From the IMG/VR virus record IMGVR_UViG_3300045988_113168: a DNA stretch of 64,000 nt; one strand, 5' to 3'. Below are positions 1 through 8,186 of the stretch, piece by piece; within the stretch, counting starts at the first letter, position 1; each line of letters begins with the position of its first letter. The stretch comes from a virus. The notes beneath the pieces are model-generated. The model was given only the letters and a program-made list of their open reading frames with translations. It made no database searches and was not told the DNA's origin. Both the position numbers and the translations under genes were made by a program.

Positions 1-2
1 AC

Positions 3-632
3 ACTTCTGGACACTCTATCATTTACAACGGCACAGAAGTCAAAGAGCTTGATCTTTACGGCACATTTGACGGCGTTGTGTTTGTCAGTCGTCCGTTTAT
101 CGCAATGGAAACAGGCTTTATGCCTATGTACGTCAAAACATCTATGGGATGGACTTCTATCCATCCTTGCAAGATTGTTGACTTCCTCAAAGAAGCATAC
201 AAGGCAAGAAGTGTTTCCCTTTATGACTGGAATGCCTATCAGCAGAGCAAGAAAGAAAAGCGTCTTGCAATGGAAAAGGTCAAACAACAGCAGAGTGAAA
301 CGGCTTTTCTCAGAGCGTCACAAACTAATGCAGAGGGCTCTTTGCGCTATCATAAGAGCAAGAAACGGCTGGATGACCGTTATAATGAAGTCGGTAAACC
401 GATCCAGAAGAAACGTTCTCAGCGTGTCGTGTTTGGTTCTAATGAATACGTTACTGTTTCCGGCTGGATTTATGGCAGAACGATTTCGATGAATAATCAT
501 AGTTTTGTCATGAACGAAAAAGTTTCGTATTATATGGACGGCACTGGATGCTGTGCCCGTGATTTTGATAACAGAGATATGCGCCCTTTGAATGACGTAT
601 TCCCTGTGAAATCTGGCAAGAAAGCAAGGTGA
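3..632 (+). CDS. hypothetical protein, 5' end outside window
   Basis: Frame 3 is open from the window edge to TGA 630-632. Track ORF 78..632 is the internal-start version. No motif recognised. Confidence 0.55.
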   Translation, partial: TSGHSIIYNGTEVKELDLYGTFDGVVFVSRPFIAMETGFMPMYVKTSMGWTSIHPCKIVDFLKEAYKARSVSLYDWNAYQQSKKEKRLAMEKVKQQQSETAFLRASQTNAEGSLRYHKSKKRLDDRYNEVGKPIQKKRSQRVVFGSNEYVTVSGWIYGRTISMNNHSFVMNEKVSYYMDGTGCCARDFDNRDMRPLNDVFPVKSGKKAR

Positions 633-700
633 TAACTTTGAGTTTGACAGCAATTCGTCAGAATGATATAATTGTACCATTAAGAAAAGGCGGTGCAATT

Positions 701-916
701 ATGGCAAATCGTGATTATAAAAAAGAGTACGCCAGAGAAAAGGATCAATCGAAGCATATCGGCCTGAAGGTTGAGCCCACTCTCTTTGAAGCGTTCACGG
801 CGAAAACAGAGCTAAATGGAACGACGAAAAACGCCGTTTTGAAAGCCTGTGCGGAAGCATACACTTATGGCAATCTCATTATTGATGAGAATGGAAAGCC
901 TAAGATCAAAGGTTGA
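701..916 (+). CDS. small putative DNA-binding protein (ribbon-helix-helix-like, tentative)
   Basis: ATG 701 lies inside track ORF 629..916 with AAGGCGG about 8 nt upstream. A short basic N-terminus is followed by a strand/helix-like segment (IGLKVEPTLFEAFTAKTE). The fold assignment is a guess. Confidence 0.45.
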   Translation: MANRDYKKEYAREKDQSKHIGLKVEPTLFEAFTAKTELNGTTKNAVLKACAEAYTYGNLIIDENGKPKIKG

Positions 917-995
917 TTCAAGCGCAAAGTGAACACCGATTCGTCAAACACTTTATGAGCTCAAAAATCATAGGGTGTTTTCTTTTTGCTCTAAA

Positions 996-1064
996 TTGCA
1001 TATTTATGCAAATAATATGCAGAATATGCAAAACGAAAATTCAGTAAAACCTCACATTTATGCC
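996..1064. promoter_or_regulatory. cluster of TTGCAT/ATATGCA boxes (candidate operator or iteron set)
   Basis: Palindrome TTGCATATTTATGCAA at 996-1011. ATATGCA occurs at 1015-1021 and 1024-1030, and ATTTATGC is repeated at 1002-1009 and 1056-1063. The cluster sits in a 266-nt gap after the RHH-like gene. Confidence 0.4.
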
Positions 1065-1182
1065 GTGCGATTAGCGGTCATGGGGAAGATAGTATACCGC
1101 TACCAGCCCAACAGGGTGCGCAATAGCGTTATAAAAACGAATTGGTAAAGCCTGGTTTGTCCTGGCAGAAAGGATGTTTGTT

Positions 1183-1311
1183 ATGAAATCGCTTCTCATG
1201 TTCTTTGGTTACTCTGCTTATCAGGCAAGCTGTGTTGCTCCTGTGATGTGGATGTTCGTTGTTGGTGTCATCGCTATGGGCGTGGCAGAATGGAAAGGGT
1301 GGTTGAACTAA
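1183..1311 (+). CDS. small membrane protein (42 aa)
   Basis: Below the track cutoff. ATG 1183 follows AAAGGA. Contains the hydrophobic stretch VAPVMWMFVVGVIAMGV. Its TAA overlaps the next ATG (TAATG), suggesting translational coupling. Confidence 0.5.
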   Translation: MKSLLMFFGYSAYQASCVAPVMWMFVVGVIAMGVAEWKGWLN

Positions 1312-1583
1312 TGAAACTCGATCCTGTTTATTCCGATATTGTTAATCGCTTTCAGTATGTGAAAACGACTAACGCAGACGCTTGGCAGAAATATGTTAAG
1401 AGCGTCATTGCAGAGCATGAGTACAATGATCTGTTAACCCGGATTGCGTGGGATTTGCTCAGGTATGTGTACACTTCTGGTACGATTTGTGAGTGGTACG
1501 ATAAGTACAACGTACATGATTCCCATATCACAACGGCAGTCAAGAAGGCTTATGTTGAAGTCTTTGGAGTACCGTCAGAATAA
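1311..1583 (+). CDS. hypothetical protein
   Basis: Internal ATG of track ORF 1248..1583, overlapping the upstream stop (TAATG). Confidence 0.6.
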   Translation: MKLDPVYSDIVNRFQYVKTTNADAWQKYVKSVIAEHEYNDLLTRIAWDLLRYVYTSGTICEWYDKYNVHDSHITTAVKKAYVEVFGVPSE

Positions 1584-1639
1584 AAGATATGTTTTAAGGA
1601 AAGTTTGTTATGACCGCAAAAGAATAAGGAGAATGCAAA

Positions 1640-1780
1640 ATGAAAAAAGGTCAGTATTTTATGAACGATGAAACCGGTGTTATCACCAACATTCACAGGG
1701 AAGCTGTTGAATGGTTTCGGCAGGGTTCGAATGTTTCCATCTGGATTAACGGTGTTTTTGTATGCCGTTGGGGTCACTAA
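1640..1780 (+). CDS. hypothetical small protein (46 aa)
   Basis: Below the track cutoff. ATG 1640 lies 8 nt after AAGGAG. It fills the gap between neighbouring genes. Confidence 0.5.
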   Translation: MKKGQYFMNDETGVITNIHREAVEWFRQGSNVSIWINGVFVCRWGH

Positions 1781-1796
1781 GAAAGGAGAACATAAA

Positions 1797-2120
1797 ATGA
1801 GAGCAAGTGTTGAAGTGTACGAGAACAATGCAGGCGGTATCTTTGTTGCTGTCTTTGGTCAGAACGGCCTGGAAAATATCATTCCGGGGTTTTATCATGA
1901 AATGATTTCTACGGCAGAATTCATTGACCAGTGCCTGCATGGGTGCTATGAATCGGATGATTTCAATCCGGCAGAATTTTCCGGCATGGATATGGATTCT
2001 GTTTACAATGAAATCAGCAGTCAGGATGACTTGATTGCAGAGTTTTTCGACAACAAAGAAATCATCCTGTATCCGGCAGACATGGGTGTTGCCGGAATGA
2101 AACTGTTTGGCATGGCTTGA
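1797..2120 (+). CDS. hypothetical protein
   Basis: ATG 1797 (MRASVEVY) after AAAGGAGAA, inside track ORF 1668..2120. Confidence 0.65.
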   Translation: MRASVEVYENNAGGIFVAVFGQNGLENIIPGFYHEMISTAEFIDQCLHGCYESDDFNPAEFSGMDMDSVYNEISSQDDLIAEFFDNKEIILYPADMGVAGMKLFGMA

Positions 2121-2202
2121 CCGTATGTTCACAAAATGTTCGCAGAAATAAAACGTATCAACGCATTAAAATGTGACGTTAATAAAATCTACATTTTAGT
2201 GC

Positions 2203-2231
2203 TTGACAAAATTATCGGTATCCTGTATTAT
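2203..2231 (+). promoter_or_regulatory. sigma-A type promoter (TTGACA-17-TATTAT)
   Basis: TTGACA at 2203-2208, a 17-nt spacer ending GTATCCTG, TATTAT at 2226-2231. Same architecture as the promoters at 22426 and 46670. Confidence 0.6.
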
Positions 2232-2246
2232 GTAGCTAAGAAAGGC

Positions 2247-2271
2247 AGTCCGTTAGAGGACTTTTATTTTT
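2247..2271 (+). terminator. weak hairpin plus T-run
   Basis: AGTCC/GGACT 5-bp stem with loop GTTAGA, then TTTTATTTTT. It lies between the promoter and the inverted 20-mer. Confidence 0.3.
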
Positions 2272-2278
2272 ACCGTTC

Positions 2279-2298
2279 AGCTATATAACACAGGATAC
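2279..2298 (+). promoter_or_regulatory. conserved 20-mer AGCTATATAACACAGGATAC (reverse orientation of the promoter core)
   Basis: One of six same-orientation copies, 18 nt upstream of ATG 2316. Near-perfect inverted repeat of 2218-2238. Confidence 0.55.
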
Positions 2299-2315
2299 GA
2301 AAGAGAGGCTATAAA

Positions 2316-2549
2316 ATGGAACGGAATTGGAAACTTGGTGACGATATGGTTGTGAGCGACAATCTTCTGGATGGTATTACGTTTGATGATTTGATACTGA
2401 CAGTGCATTGCAACTGTCCCAAAATTACAGAACAGGCTGTAAAAAAAGAGCTGAAAGAAATTCTTGCGATTCATATGCAGGATATGGAATTTTTACTCGA
2501 AAACAATATCGACAAGATAATTGAGATGGCAAGTAAAAACAGAGAATAA
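2316..2549 (+). CDS. hypothetical protein
   Basis: Track ORF with AGAGAGG upstream. Confidence 0.65.
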   Translation: MERNWKLGDDMVVSDNLLDGITFDDLILTVHCNCPKITEQAVKKELKEILAIHMQDMEFLLENNIDKIIEMASKNRE

Positions 2550-2561
2550 GGAGAACTGGTT

Positions 2562-3059
2562 ATGAAACGCAATGACTATAATTACGAGAGCTTTTACTAC
2601 ACAAGCGACAGCTGCCTAATTCTTATGAATGAGGTTCGTTATAAGAAAAATGATTTCGGGGAGATGATTCTTGTACCGGATGAAACAAAGGAAGAAGTGA
2701 TTTCACCTACGTTTTACACAAACTATATCACAGCAATTCCGTTCTTTAATGATGATTTCTTTGGCCCTCATGCTTCTTGTGAAGCTAAATGGGATAGAAC
2801 GCCGGCAGGAGCTGTGCCTACTGTGGTAACAACGATCAATGGTGCAGGTGATGAAAAGATTGTCGCCACATTTACATTCATCAGCAAAAGTAAGCTTTTG
2901 GATACTGCTGGATGGCGTGAAAAGGAAGTCATCAAAAATGCAAAATACTTCCATATTGAAAGAATTGACGGTGCAGATATGATTTACTTCTACACTGAAA
3001 GTGATGGCGATACGGCAGAAGGCATTTTTGATACTAAGAGATCTATTTGGAGGGGTTAA
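2562..3059 (+). CDS. hypothetical protein
   Basis: Track ORF with AAGGAG upstream. Confidence 0.7.
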   Translation: MKRNDYNYESFYYTSDSCLILMNEVRYKKNDFGEMILVPDETKEEVISPTFYTNYITAIPFFNDDFFGPHASCEAKWDRTPAGAVPTVVTTINGAGDEKIVATFTFISKSKLLDTAGWREKEVIKNAKYFHIERIDGADMIYFYTESDGDTAEGIFDTKRSIWRG

Positions 3060-3063
3060 AATA

Positions 3064-3219
3064 ATGACTGATATTCAGAAAAAGATGTGGGATGCTCTTT
3101 GCAAAATGTCTGGTGAAGATGTCGCAAGGCTGTTTGTGAATTGGTGTGGAGAGCAAATTCTGGACAATGACTTCTACAAAAATATGGTTGATGAGGGAGA
3201 GATTGAAGATGAAGAATGA
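3064..3219 (+). CDS. hypothetical small protein
   Basis: ATG 3064 (MTDIQKK) after GGAGGGG, inside track ORF 3001..3219. Confidence 0.6.
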   Translation: MTDIQKKMWDALCKMSGEDVARLFVNWCGEQILDNDFYKNMVDEGEIEDEE

Positions 3220-3643
3220 TTTTTACTGGAACAAGAACTATATGACTATTGCAAAGAATATTACAGAAAGGCATCGCACAAAAATTATAATACATAAAAG
3301 CTGGCAGTGGTATCTTGCTGAGTTTGATTCGCTTGAACAGCTACATTTCTTTGAAAACGTAGTTGGGTTCAAAACTCATTTTATTGAAATGGAAAATGGA
3401 ATTGCAAGATTTTCATTAAGCCATGAGTTTAAAGAAGAAAAGTATTTCTGGAAATTGTCTGAGCTTCCGGCTGGTGTAAAGCCCATCAAAGCATTATGTA
3501 ATGGTAGTATTGTTACCTGCTATTTTTTGAATGATGGAAAAATCATTCATTGGTATCGTCCAAATCCTAATGCACGAAATGTTTATAAACCAATGACAAT
3601 ACAACAGCATATTAAGCACCGTGAGGTATTTGGTTCATATTGA
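3209..3643 (+). CDS. hypothetical protein
   Basis: ATG 3209 (MKNDFYW) after GAGGGAGAG, inside track ORF 3146..3643. Confidence 0.6.
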   Translation: MKNDFYWNKNYMTIAKNITERHRTKIIIHKSWQWYLAEFDSLEQLHFFENVVGFKTHFIEMENGIARFSLSHEFKEEKYFWKLSELPAGVKPIKALCNGSIVTCYFLNDGKIIHWYRPNPNARNVYKPMTIQQHIKHREVFGSY

Positions 3644-3664
3644 AACGAAATAGGAGGACGAAGA

Positions 3665-3904
3665 GTGATTATTGATTCTATTCTTGACCGTAAAAACGGC
3701 AGGCGATACAGCGCACATGACTTCTATCTTGAAGTCAGAAAGTATGAGAGTCTGGGTGTAGGCACTCACGGTGAAGATATTTCAATCGCTATAGATTATG
3801 GCGATAACAAAGATGTGCAGCGTGTTCTGTGTCAGTACATCCAGCGCAATGGATACCCAACAGATATTGAGGACTACATAAGAAGTCAAGTCTGGGTGGT
3901 ATAA
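3665..3904 (+). CDS. hypothetical protein
   Basis: GTG start after AGGAGGA. Track ORF. Confidence 0.6.
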   Translation: MIIDSILDRKNGRRYSAHDFYLEVRKYESLGVGTHGEDISIAIDYGDNKDVQRVLCQYIQRNGYPTDIEDYIRSQVWVV

Positions 3905-3993
3905 GTAGTGGATGCAGGTGATTAGCGGTACTAGGGCAGACATAACCGCTATCAGAATGCGAAAGCATAAAAATATTAAAAGGAGTGTTTGAC

Positions 3994-4284
3994 ATGAAGA
4001 AGTTTAATTCGACCTTAAATAAAGGGTTCAATATGACTTTTGCAAATGGTATTACTGCAAGCGTCCAGTGGGGAGCTGGGAATTATTGCGATAATTATTT
4101 TAGCAAAGACTTCTTTTTCTCAAAAGAAGCAAGTTCTAATACAGCAGAAGTGGCCGCATGGAATGAAAGCGGCGAATGGGTTACAAATAAGCTCTACGAC
4201 ACCTTGGATGATGTTGCTGGGTATCTTTCACCAAATGAAGTGTTACAGTTTTTGAATAACTGTGCGAATTACAAAACGGTTTAA
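3994..4284 (+). CDS. hypothetical protein
   Basis: ATG 3994 lies 8 nt after AAGGAG. Track ORF 3985..4284. Confidence 0.65.
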   Translation: MKKFNSTLNKGFNMTFANGITASVQWGAGNYCDNYFSKDFFFSKEASSNTAEVAAWNESGEWVTNKLYDTLDDVAGYLSPNEVLQFLNNCANYKTV

Positions 4285-4314
4285 AATCATGCTTTTATAA
4301 AGGAGTAAAACATC

Positions 4315-4620
4315 ATGACTATTGAAGAAGCAGTAAAGGATTTCATTGCAAAAGCAAACCCTTCTAAGTGGGAAGGATATAACGATGAGTCTCCCGAATG
4401 GGGAGATATTGTCCCCAGAGACGTTAACCTAAATGATTTTGAATATGATGTTGAAAATCGAAAAATTATTTTATCTTTTGTTTTTGATGACTACGGTCGG
4501 TTAGTAACATACTGTCGGATTTTTAACAAGAAGAAAGATGAATTGATGAATGCAGGCTATATTGGCAGCATTTGTTTTGCCGACATTATGTCAAATACAA
4601 TTCGTGGAATATTTTATTAA
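4315..4620 (+). CDS. hypothetical protein (shares N-terminal motif with 11395..11712)
   Basis: Track ORF with AAGGAG upstream. Motif DFIxKxNPxxWxG is shared with 11395..11712. Confidence 0.65.
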   Translation: MTIEEAVKDFIAKANPSKWEGYNDESPEWGDIVPRDVNLNDFEYDVENRKIILSFVFDDYGRLVTYCRIFNKKKDELMNAGYIGSICFADIMSNTIRGIFY

Positions 4621-4636
4621 CGAAAGGAAAATAAAA

Positions 4637-4792
4637 ATGAAGTATACCGTGAGCCTTGAAACAAAAGAAGTTTACGAAGTTGAAATCGAAGCGTCGGATG
4701 CAAATGTAGCCGAAAGAATTGCAATGGATATGTGGGAGGACGGGACATTAAAGCGAATGGATGGACTTATTGATTTTATTTCTAGTAAATGA
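4637..4792 (+). CDS. hypothetical small protein
   Basis: ATG 4637 (MKYTVSLE) after AAAGGAAAA, inside track ORF 4550..4792. Confidence 0.55.
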   Translation: MKYTVSLETKEVYEVEIEASDANVAERIAMDMWEDGTLKRMDGLIDFISSK

Positions 4793-4812
4793 TAAAAGGA
4801 GAAAATAAAAAA

Positions 4813-4962
4813 ATGTATACAGTAGAAGATTTTTATAAAGCGTATTCATGTTTGTACAAAACAACTAAAGAAGAAGCTATTGAAGTATATAAAAATTGCA
4901 GCGAGGAATTTGCTTATGAAACGATTTGTCGTTATAGATACCCTGATAAATATCCTTTCTAA
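4813..4962 (+). CDS. hypothetical small protein (49 aa)
   Basis: Below the track cutoff. ATG 4813 follows AAAGGAGAA. Confidence 0.5.
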   Translation: MYTVEDFYKAYSCLYKTTKEEAIEVYKNCSEEFAYETICRYRYPDKYPF

Positions 4963-4995
4963 GGGAATATTCCTTATCAAAATTGAGGTGATAAT

Positions 4996-5241
4996 ATGAT
5001 GCGTAATTGTTGGATTGTCACATACAAAGATTATCACGGAGAATATAGCTAGTGTGTTTTTTATAAAAAAGAGGATGCAGAAAAATGTATCAAAGAGGAT
5101 TTTGAAAACGCGTTGCATGACTTAAAAAAAGATGGGTGGTATGACCCGTACACGGTTGATGGAACGTATTGGAAGACAATATTTATTCCGAATACCGATA
5201 TTGATTATGAATGGAATCTTAAGATTTCAACCATTAGATGA
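4996..5241 (+). CDS. hypothetical protein with in-frame TAG at 5050-5052
   Basis: ATG 4996 after GAGGTGA. 18 codons, then TAG, then 62 further open codons with protein-like composition and no internal start, ending at TGA 5239-5241. It fills an otherwise gene-free 300-nt gap. Confidence 0.5.
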
Positions 5242-5281
5242 CGAATAAAACAGATATTTTACAATGATTGAGGTGATAAAT

Positions 5282-5515
5282 ATGACCGAAAAAGATAAGC
5301 GTATTTTAAAATATGCGATTGATAATCTGATTGCAAGAGAGAATAGTTTGTGCGATGGATTTTGTAAGAATAATCCTACACATAAAGCAGAGCGTGAACG
5401 TGATAGAGATTTGATTATCTTTGGTATTCGTGATGTTTTATGTGAAGTTGAGCGTCTTGAAGAACAGGAAAAAGAGATGCTTGAAAATTCTAAACATGAA
5501 GTGGTTCAGTTTTGA
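5282..5515 (+). CDS. hypothetical protein
   Basis: ATG 5282 after GAGGTGA, inside track ORF 5264..5515. Confidence 0.65.
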   Translation: MTEKDKRILKYAIDNLIARENSLCDGFCKNNPTHKAERERDRDLIIFGIRDVLCEVERLEEQEKEMLENSKHEVVQF

Positions 5516-5529
5516 TTGGAGTGATAAAA

Positions 5530-5838
5530 ATGTATAGTAGTGAAACTGTAAAACAAGTTAATGATTGGATGATTAACAATATTTCCGACTGGATGGTTGA
5601 GAATGGAACGGAAAACACCACAGAGGGTAATTGGATTATTTACACTGATGAAATTGTGAAGAAGTTCAATGTGACAAAGAATTGGATTACTGCATTTCGT
5701 GATGAAATCATCGATGCTCTTTATGAACACGAAGCAGTTGCAGATGTAACTTATGGATGGTTTCCCGATGGCGATGTAGAATGTTTCGACATTGATTTTT
5801 ATACAAGTTTTTGCCTAAACCTGAGTAGTGAAGATTGA
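5530..5838 (+). CDS. hypothetical protein, paralogue of 9690..10184
   Basis: ATG 5530 after GGAGTGA. Clear similarity to the N-terminal half of 9690..10184 (WMVENGTENT / YMVEYGTKNT, KKFNVTKNWI / KKFNITEKWI, FDIDFYT / FDVNFYT). Confidence 0.7.
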   Translation: MYSSETVKQVNDWMINNISDWMVENGTENTTEGNWIIYTDEIVKKFNVTKNWITAFRDEIIDALYEHEAVADVTYGWFPDGDVECFDIDFYTSFCLNLSSED

Positions 5839-5850
5839 GGTAATAAAAAA

Positions 5851-6192
5851 ATGAGTAGTTATAAACCGGAAGAAATCTGGACTGCATTTGATGTTTTATC
5901 AAGCAGAATTGCCGATTCTGATGAAATCGGACAGAAGCGTTTAAGACAAATCAAAATCACTCTTACAGAATACTTTGGAATGACTAGACATCTAAAGAAA
6001 ACTCCTTTATGGGATATTTTTGAGTATGAAAAGAAGCTGGAACAGCCGCTTGGCCTTCTGGTTTATGAAAATAATCATCTCAAAGAAGAAATCAATAAAC
6101 TTCATAAAAAGCTGGGTATTAAAGAAAAGTATAAAACAAATCCATACGATTATATGTTCCAAGATGAAGATGGATTTAGAGACAAGGAATGA
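5851..6192 (+). CDS. hypothetical protein
   Basis: Track ORF with GAGGTAA upstream. Confidence 0.65.
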   Translation: MSSYKPEEIWTAFDVLSSRIADSDEIGQKRLRQIKITLTEYFGMTRHLKKTPLWDIFEYEKKLEQPLGLLVYENNHLKEEINKLHKKLGIKEKYKTNPYDYMFQDEDGFRDKE

Positions 6193-6196
6193 AAAT

Positions 6197-6382
6197 ATGA
6201 CAAACACTGAAAAGAATATCGTTCTCGCAGCTCTTTCTTCTTATCGGCGTAAGCTGATGGATCAGAGTGTTTCATTCCTTAGAGCTGGCAATCACGAGGA
6301 TGCAAAGCAGTCAACGATAGAAGCGGCCAACGTGAATGCATTGGTGATTAAGTTTACAAGAGAAAAGGAGTTTGCAATATGA
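6197..6382 (+). CDS. hypothetical small protein
   Basis: ATG 6197 (MTNTEKN) after AAGGAA, inside track ORF 6020..6382. Confidence 0.55.
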   Translation: MTNTEKNIVLAALSSYRRKLMDQSVSFLRAGNHEDAKQSTIEAANVNALVIKFTREKEFAI

Positions 6383-6666
6383 GAAACCTGTCTAAGCAGA
6401 ACCGTAAGAAAATTTTTGATTTGATTCGTCGGGATTGTGATTTCGTTGGTTCTTACGATTTGGAACATTCTGAAGAAAGTGTTTTGACCTATCTTCCGAA
6501 GCGTGGAACACAGATCTACAAAGATGTTGAAGAAGTTCGTGTCGTAAAAAATCGCAAGACCGGAAACTGGGTTGAGTCCATTATTGATGTGCGTTGGCAG
6601 TACGGTATGACTTGCGCTGATGCAGAGATGATTGAACGTAAGTATCAGTGTAAGTCTAATAAGTAA
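6379..6666 (+). CDS. hypothetical protein (N-terminus paralogous to 49581..49919)
   Basis: ATGA overlap with the upstream gene. MRNLSKQNRKKIFDLIRRDCDF compares with MRNMSKKTRKKVMQIIKANCHF. Confidence 0.65.
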   Translation: MRNLSKQNRKKIFDLIRRDCDFVGSYDLEHSEESVLTYLPKRGTQIYKDVEEVRVVKNRKTGNWVESIIDVRWQYGMTCADAEMIERKYQCKSNK

Positions 6667-6678
6667 GGAGTTTGCAGT

Positions 6679-6999
6679 ATGAATAACGAAAATAAGATTG
6701 TTGTGACTAGTTGGGATGGTAAGTCTTGGGAAATGACTCCTGAACAGATTGAGGCGGCTTACCGTTACAAAGAACGTCAGTATCGCATTGAGGATGCTAA
6801 GAATCAGCTTGAATTTTACGCGGATTGGATTAAAGAAAAATACGGCTATTCCTACGATGAAGTTATTGAACATGCAGAGGAGTTGGCTGAATGTTTTCAG
6901 GACAATTTTGATTGTGATATGTCGGAAAATAGCTTATGGTCTAGTTTTATCACGGAAATGTTTGACGGACTTAGCAGAAAGGAAAATAACGATGACTGA
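6679..6999 (+). CDS. hypothetical protein
   Basis: Track ORF with AAGGAG upstream. Confidence 0.7.
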   Translation: MNNENKIVVTSWDGKSWEMTPEQIEAAYRYKERQYRIEDAKNQLEFYADWIKEKYGYSYDEVIEHAEELAECFQDNFDCDMSENSLWSSFITEMFDGLSRKENNDD

Positions 7000-7222
7000 C
7001 CCCTGTCGTTATTGTGTAGCGCCGGAGCGTTATCCTGGTTGTCACGACCATTGTGAGAAGCTGAAGGCTCATCGTGAAAGTGACGAGTATAAAAAGCTGT
7101 GTGAGTATAAAGATACATATTTCAAAAGTCACCTTTGCAAGAATACGGTAGCAATCTATCACGATATGCGTCGCAGAAAACACAAAGGAATGTCTTGCCT
7201 TGGATATAAAGGAATAGGTTAA
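6992..7222 (+). CDS. Cys-rich hypothetical protein
   Basis: ATG 6992 (MTDPCRYC) after AAAGGAAAA, inside track ORF 6749..7222. CxxC and CxxxC motifs present. Confidence 0.6.
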   Translation: MTDPCRYCVAPERYPGCHDHCEKLKAHRESDEYKKLCEYKDTYFKSHLCKNTVAIYHDMRRRKHKGMSCLGYKGIG

Positions 7223-7234
7223 GGAGGAAATAAA

Positions 7235-7477
7235 ATGTGGGATTTAATTGAAGATGAATACTCTGAAGAATATAAAATCGGAAGAGCAAAATTCAAGAAC
7301 AAACAAACAGGTCATTACTTTACAATCATGTATAGGATATTTAGCTTTGACATTTCTTTTTATTATCCAGAGTATTCTTTCTCTATCACTCTTACTACCG
7401 TAAGAGATAAAGAAGAAATGAAAGGAATTATTATTTTAAGACATTCTAAAGCTTTGGCTAAAACTTTGGAGGATTAA
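7235..7477 (+). CDS. hypothetical protein
   Basis: Track ORF with AAGGAGGA upstream. Confidence 0.65.
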   Translation: MWDLIEDEYSEEYKIGRAKFKNKQTGHYFTIMYRIFSFDISFYYPEYSFSITLTTVRDKEEMKGIIILRHSKALAKTLED

Positions 7478-7479
7478 CT

Positions 7480-7728
7480 ATGTGGGATTTAAGAGAAGTT
7501 CATGCACTGTACGATGGTGAATGTTGGGTCTGGAATGAATCTTTCCATCACAAGAATGTGTTCGTAGACGAGAATGAAGATCCGAAAGAAATCTTTTGGC
7601 AGGAATGTCAGATGTTCTTCCTTCAGGACTATCTAAGCAGGTGTGAAATCGTGGATGATGGCGATATCCTGGAACTTCAGTTGAAGGATTCCGGTGAGCC
7701 GGTTCTCGCTATGATTATTGAAGAGTAA
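7480..7728 (+). CDS. hypothetical protein
   Basis: Track ORF with GGAGGA upstream. Confidence 0.65.
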   Translation: MWDLREVHALYDGECWVWNESFHHKNVFVDENEDPKEIFWQECQMFFLQDYLSRCEIVDDGDILELQLKDSGEPVLAMIIEE

Positions 7729-7741
7729 AGGAGAATGAGTT

Positions 7742-7912
7742 ATGCAGCAATACGAAATTGTATTTTACCGCAATGATATTCTCGATGAGTTAATTCCGTT
7801 TAAGAAAATGCATAAGGAATTTAATTCATATCAGGAAGCAAGAGTGTGGGCGCAAAATGAATTGTATGACTTGCCTACGGCAGTCGCAATGAATGTGTTT
7901 ATGGACATTTGA
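7742..7912 (+). CDS. hypothetical small protein (56 aa)
   Basis: Below the track cutoff. ATG 7742 follows AAGGAGAA. Confidence 0.55.
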   Translation: MQQYEIVFYRNDILDELIPFKKMHKEFNSYQEARVWAQNELYDLPTAVAMNVFMDI

Positions 7913-7921
7913 GGTGACAAT

Positions 7922-8167
7922 ATGGACGCCTTACATACGATTATAAAAGAACTGAGAGCAGGTAAGGTTTATGGTAAAACCTATGAGGGTCGAATCGAAC
8001 CGTATTTCTGGTTTGTTATGTATAAAGATGGCAACCTTATCCGTTGGAGACATTTTGGTGAAAGTTCAAACCGTTGCAATTTGAAAGACCTCAAATGGAT
8101 AATAAAGGTCATCTTCAAGACAACGCCAGAGAAGTTTATTGAAGAGTACGAATGTAAATACTGGTGA
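7922..8167 (+). CDS. hypothetical protein
   Basis: Track ORF with GAGGTGA upstream. Confidence 0.65.
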   Translation: MDALHTIIKELRAGKVYGKTYEGRIEPYFWFVMYKDGNLIRWRHFGESSNRCNLKDLKWIIKVIFKTTPEKFIEEYECKYW

Positions 8168-8186
8168 TAAAAGGGAGATTTTAGAT

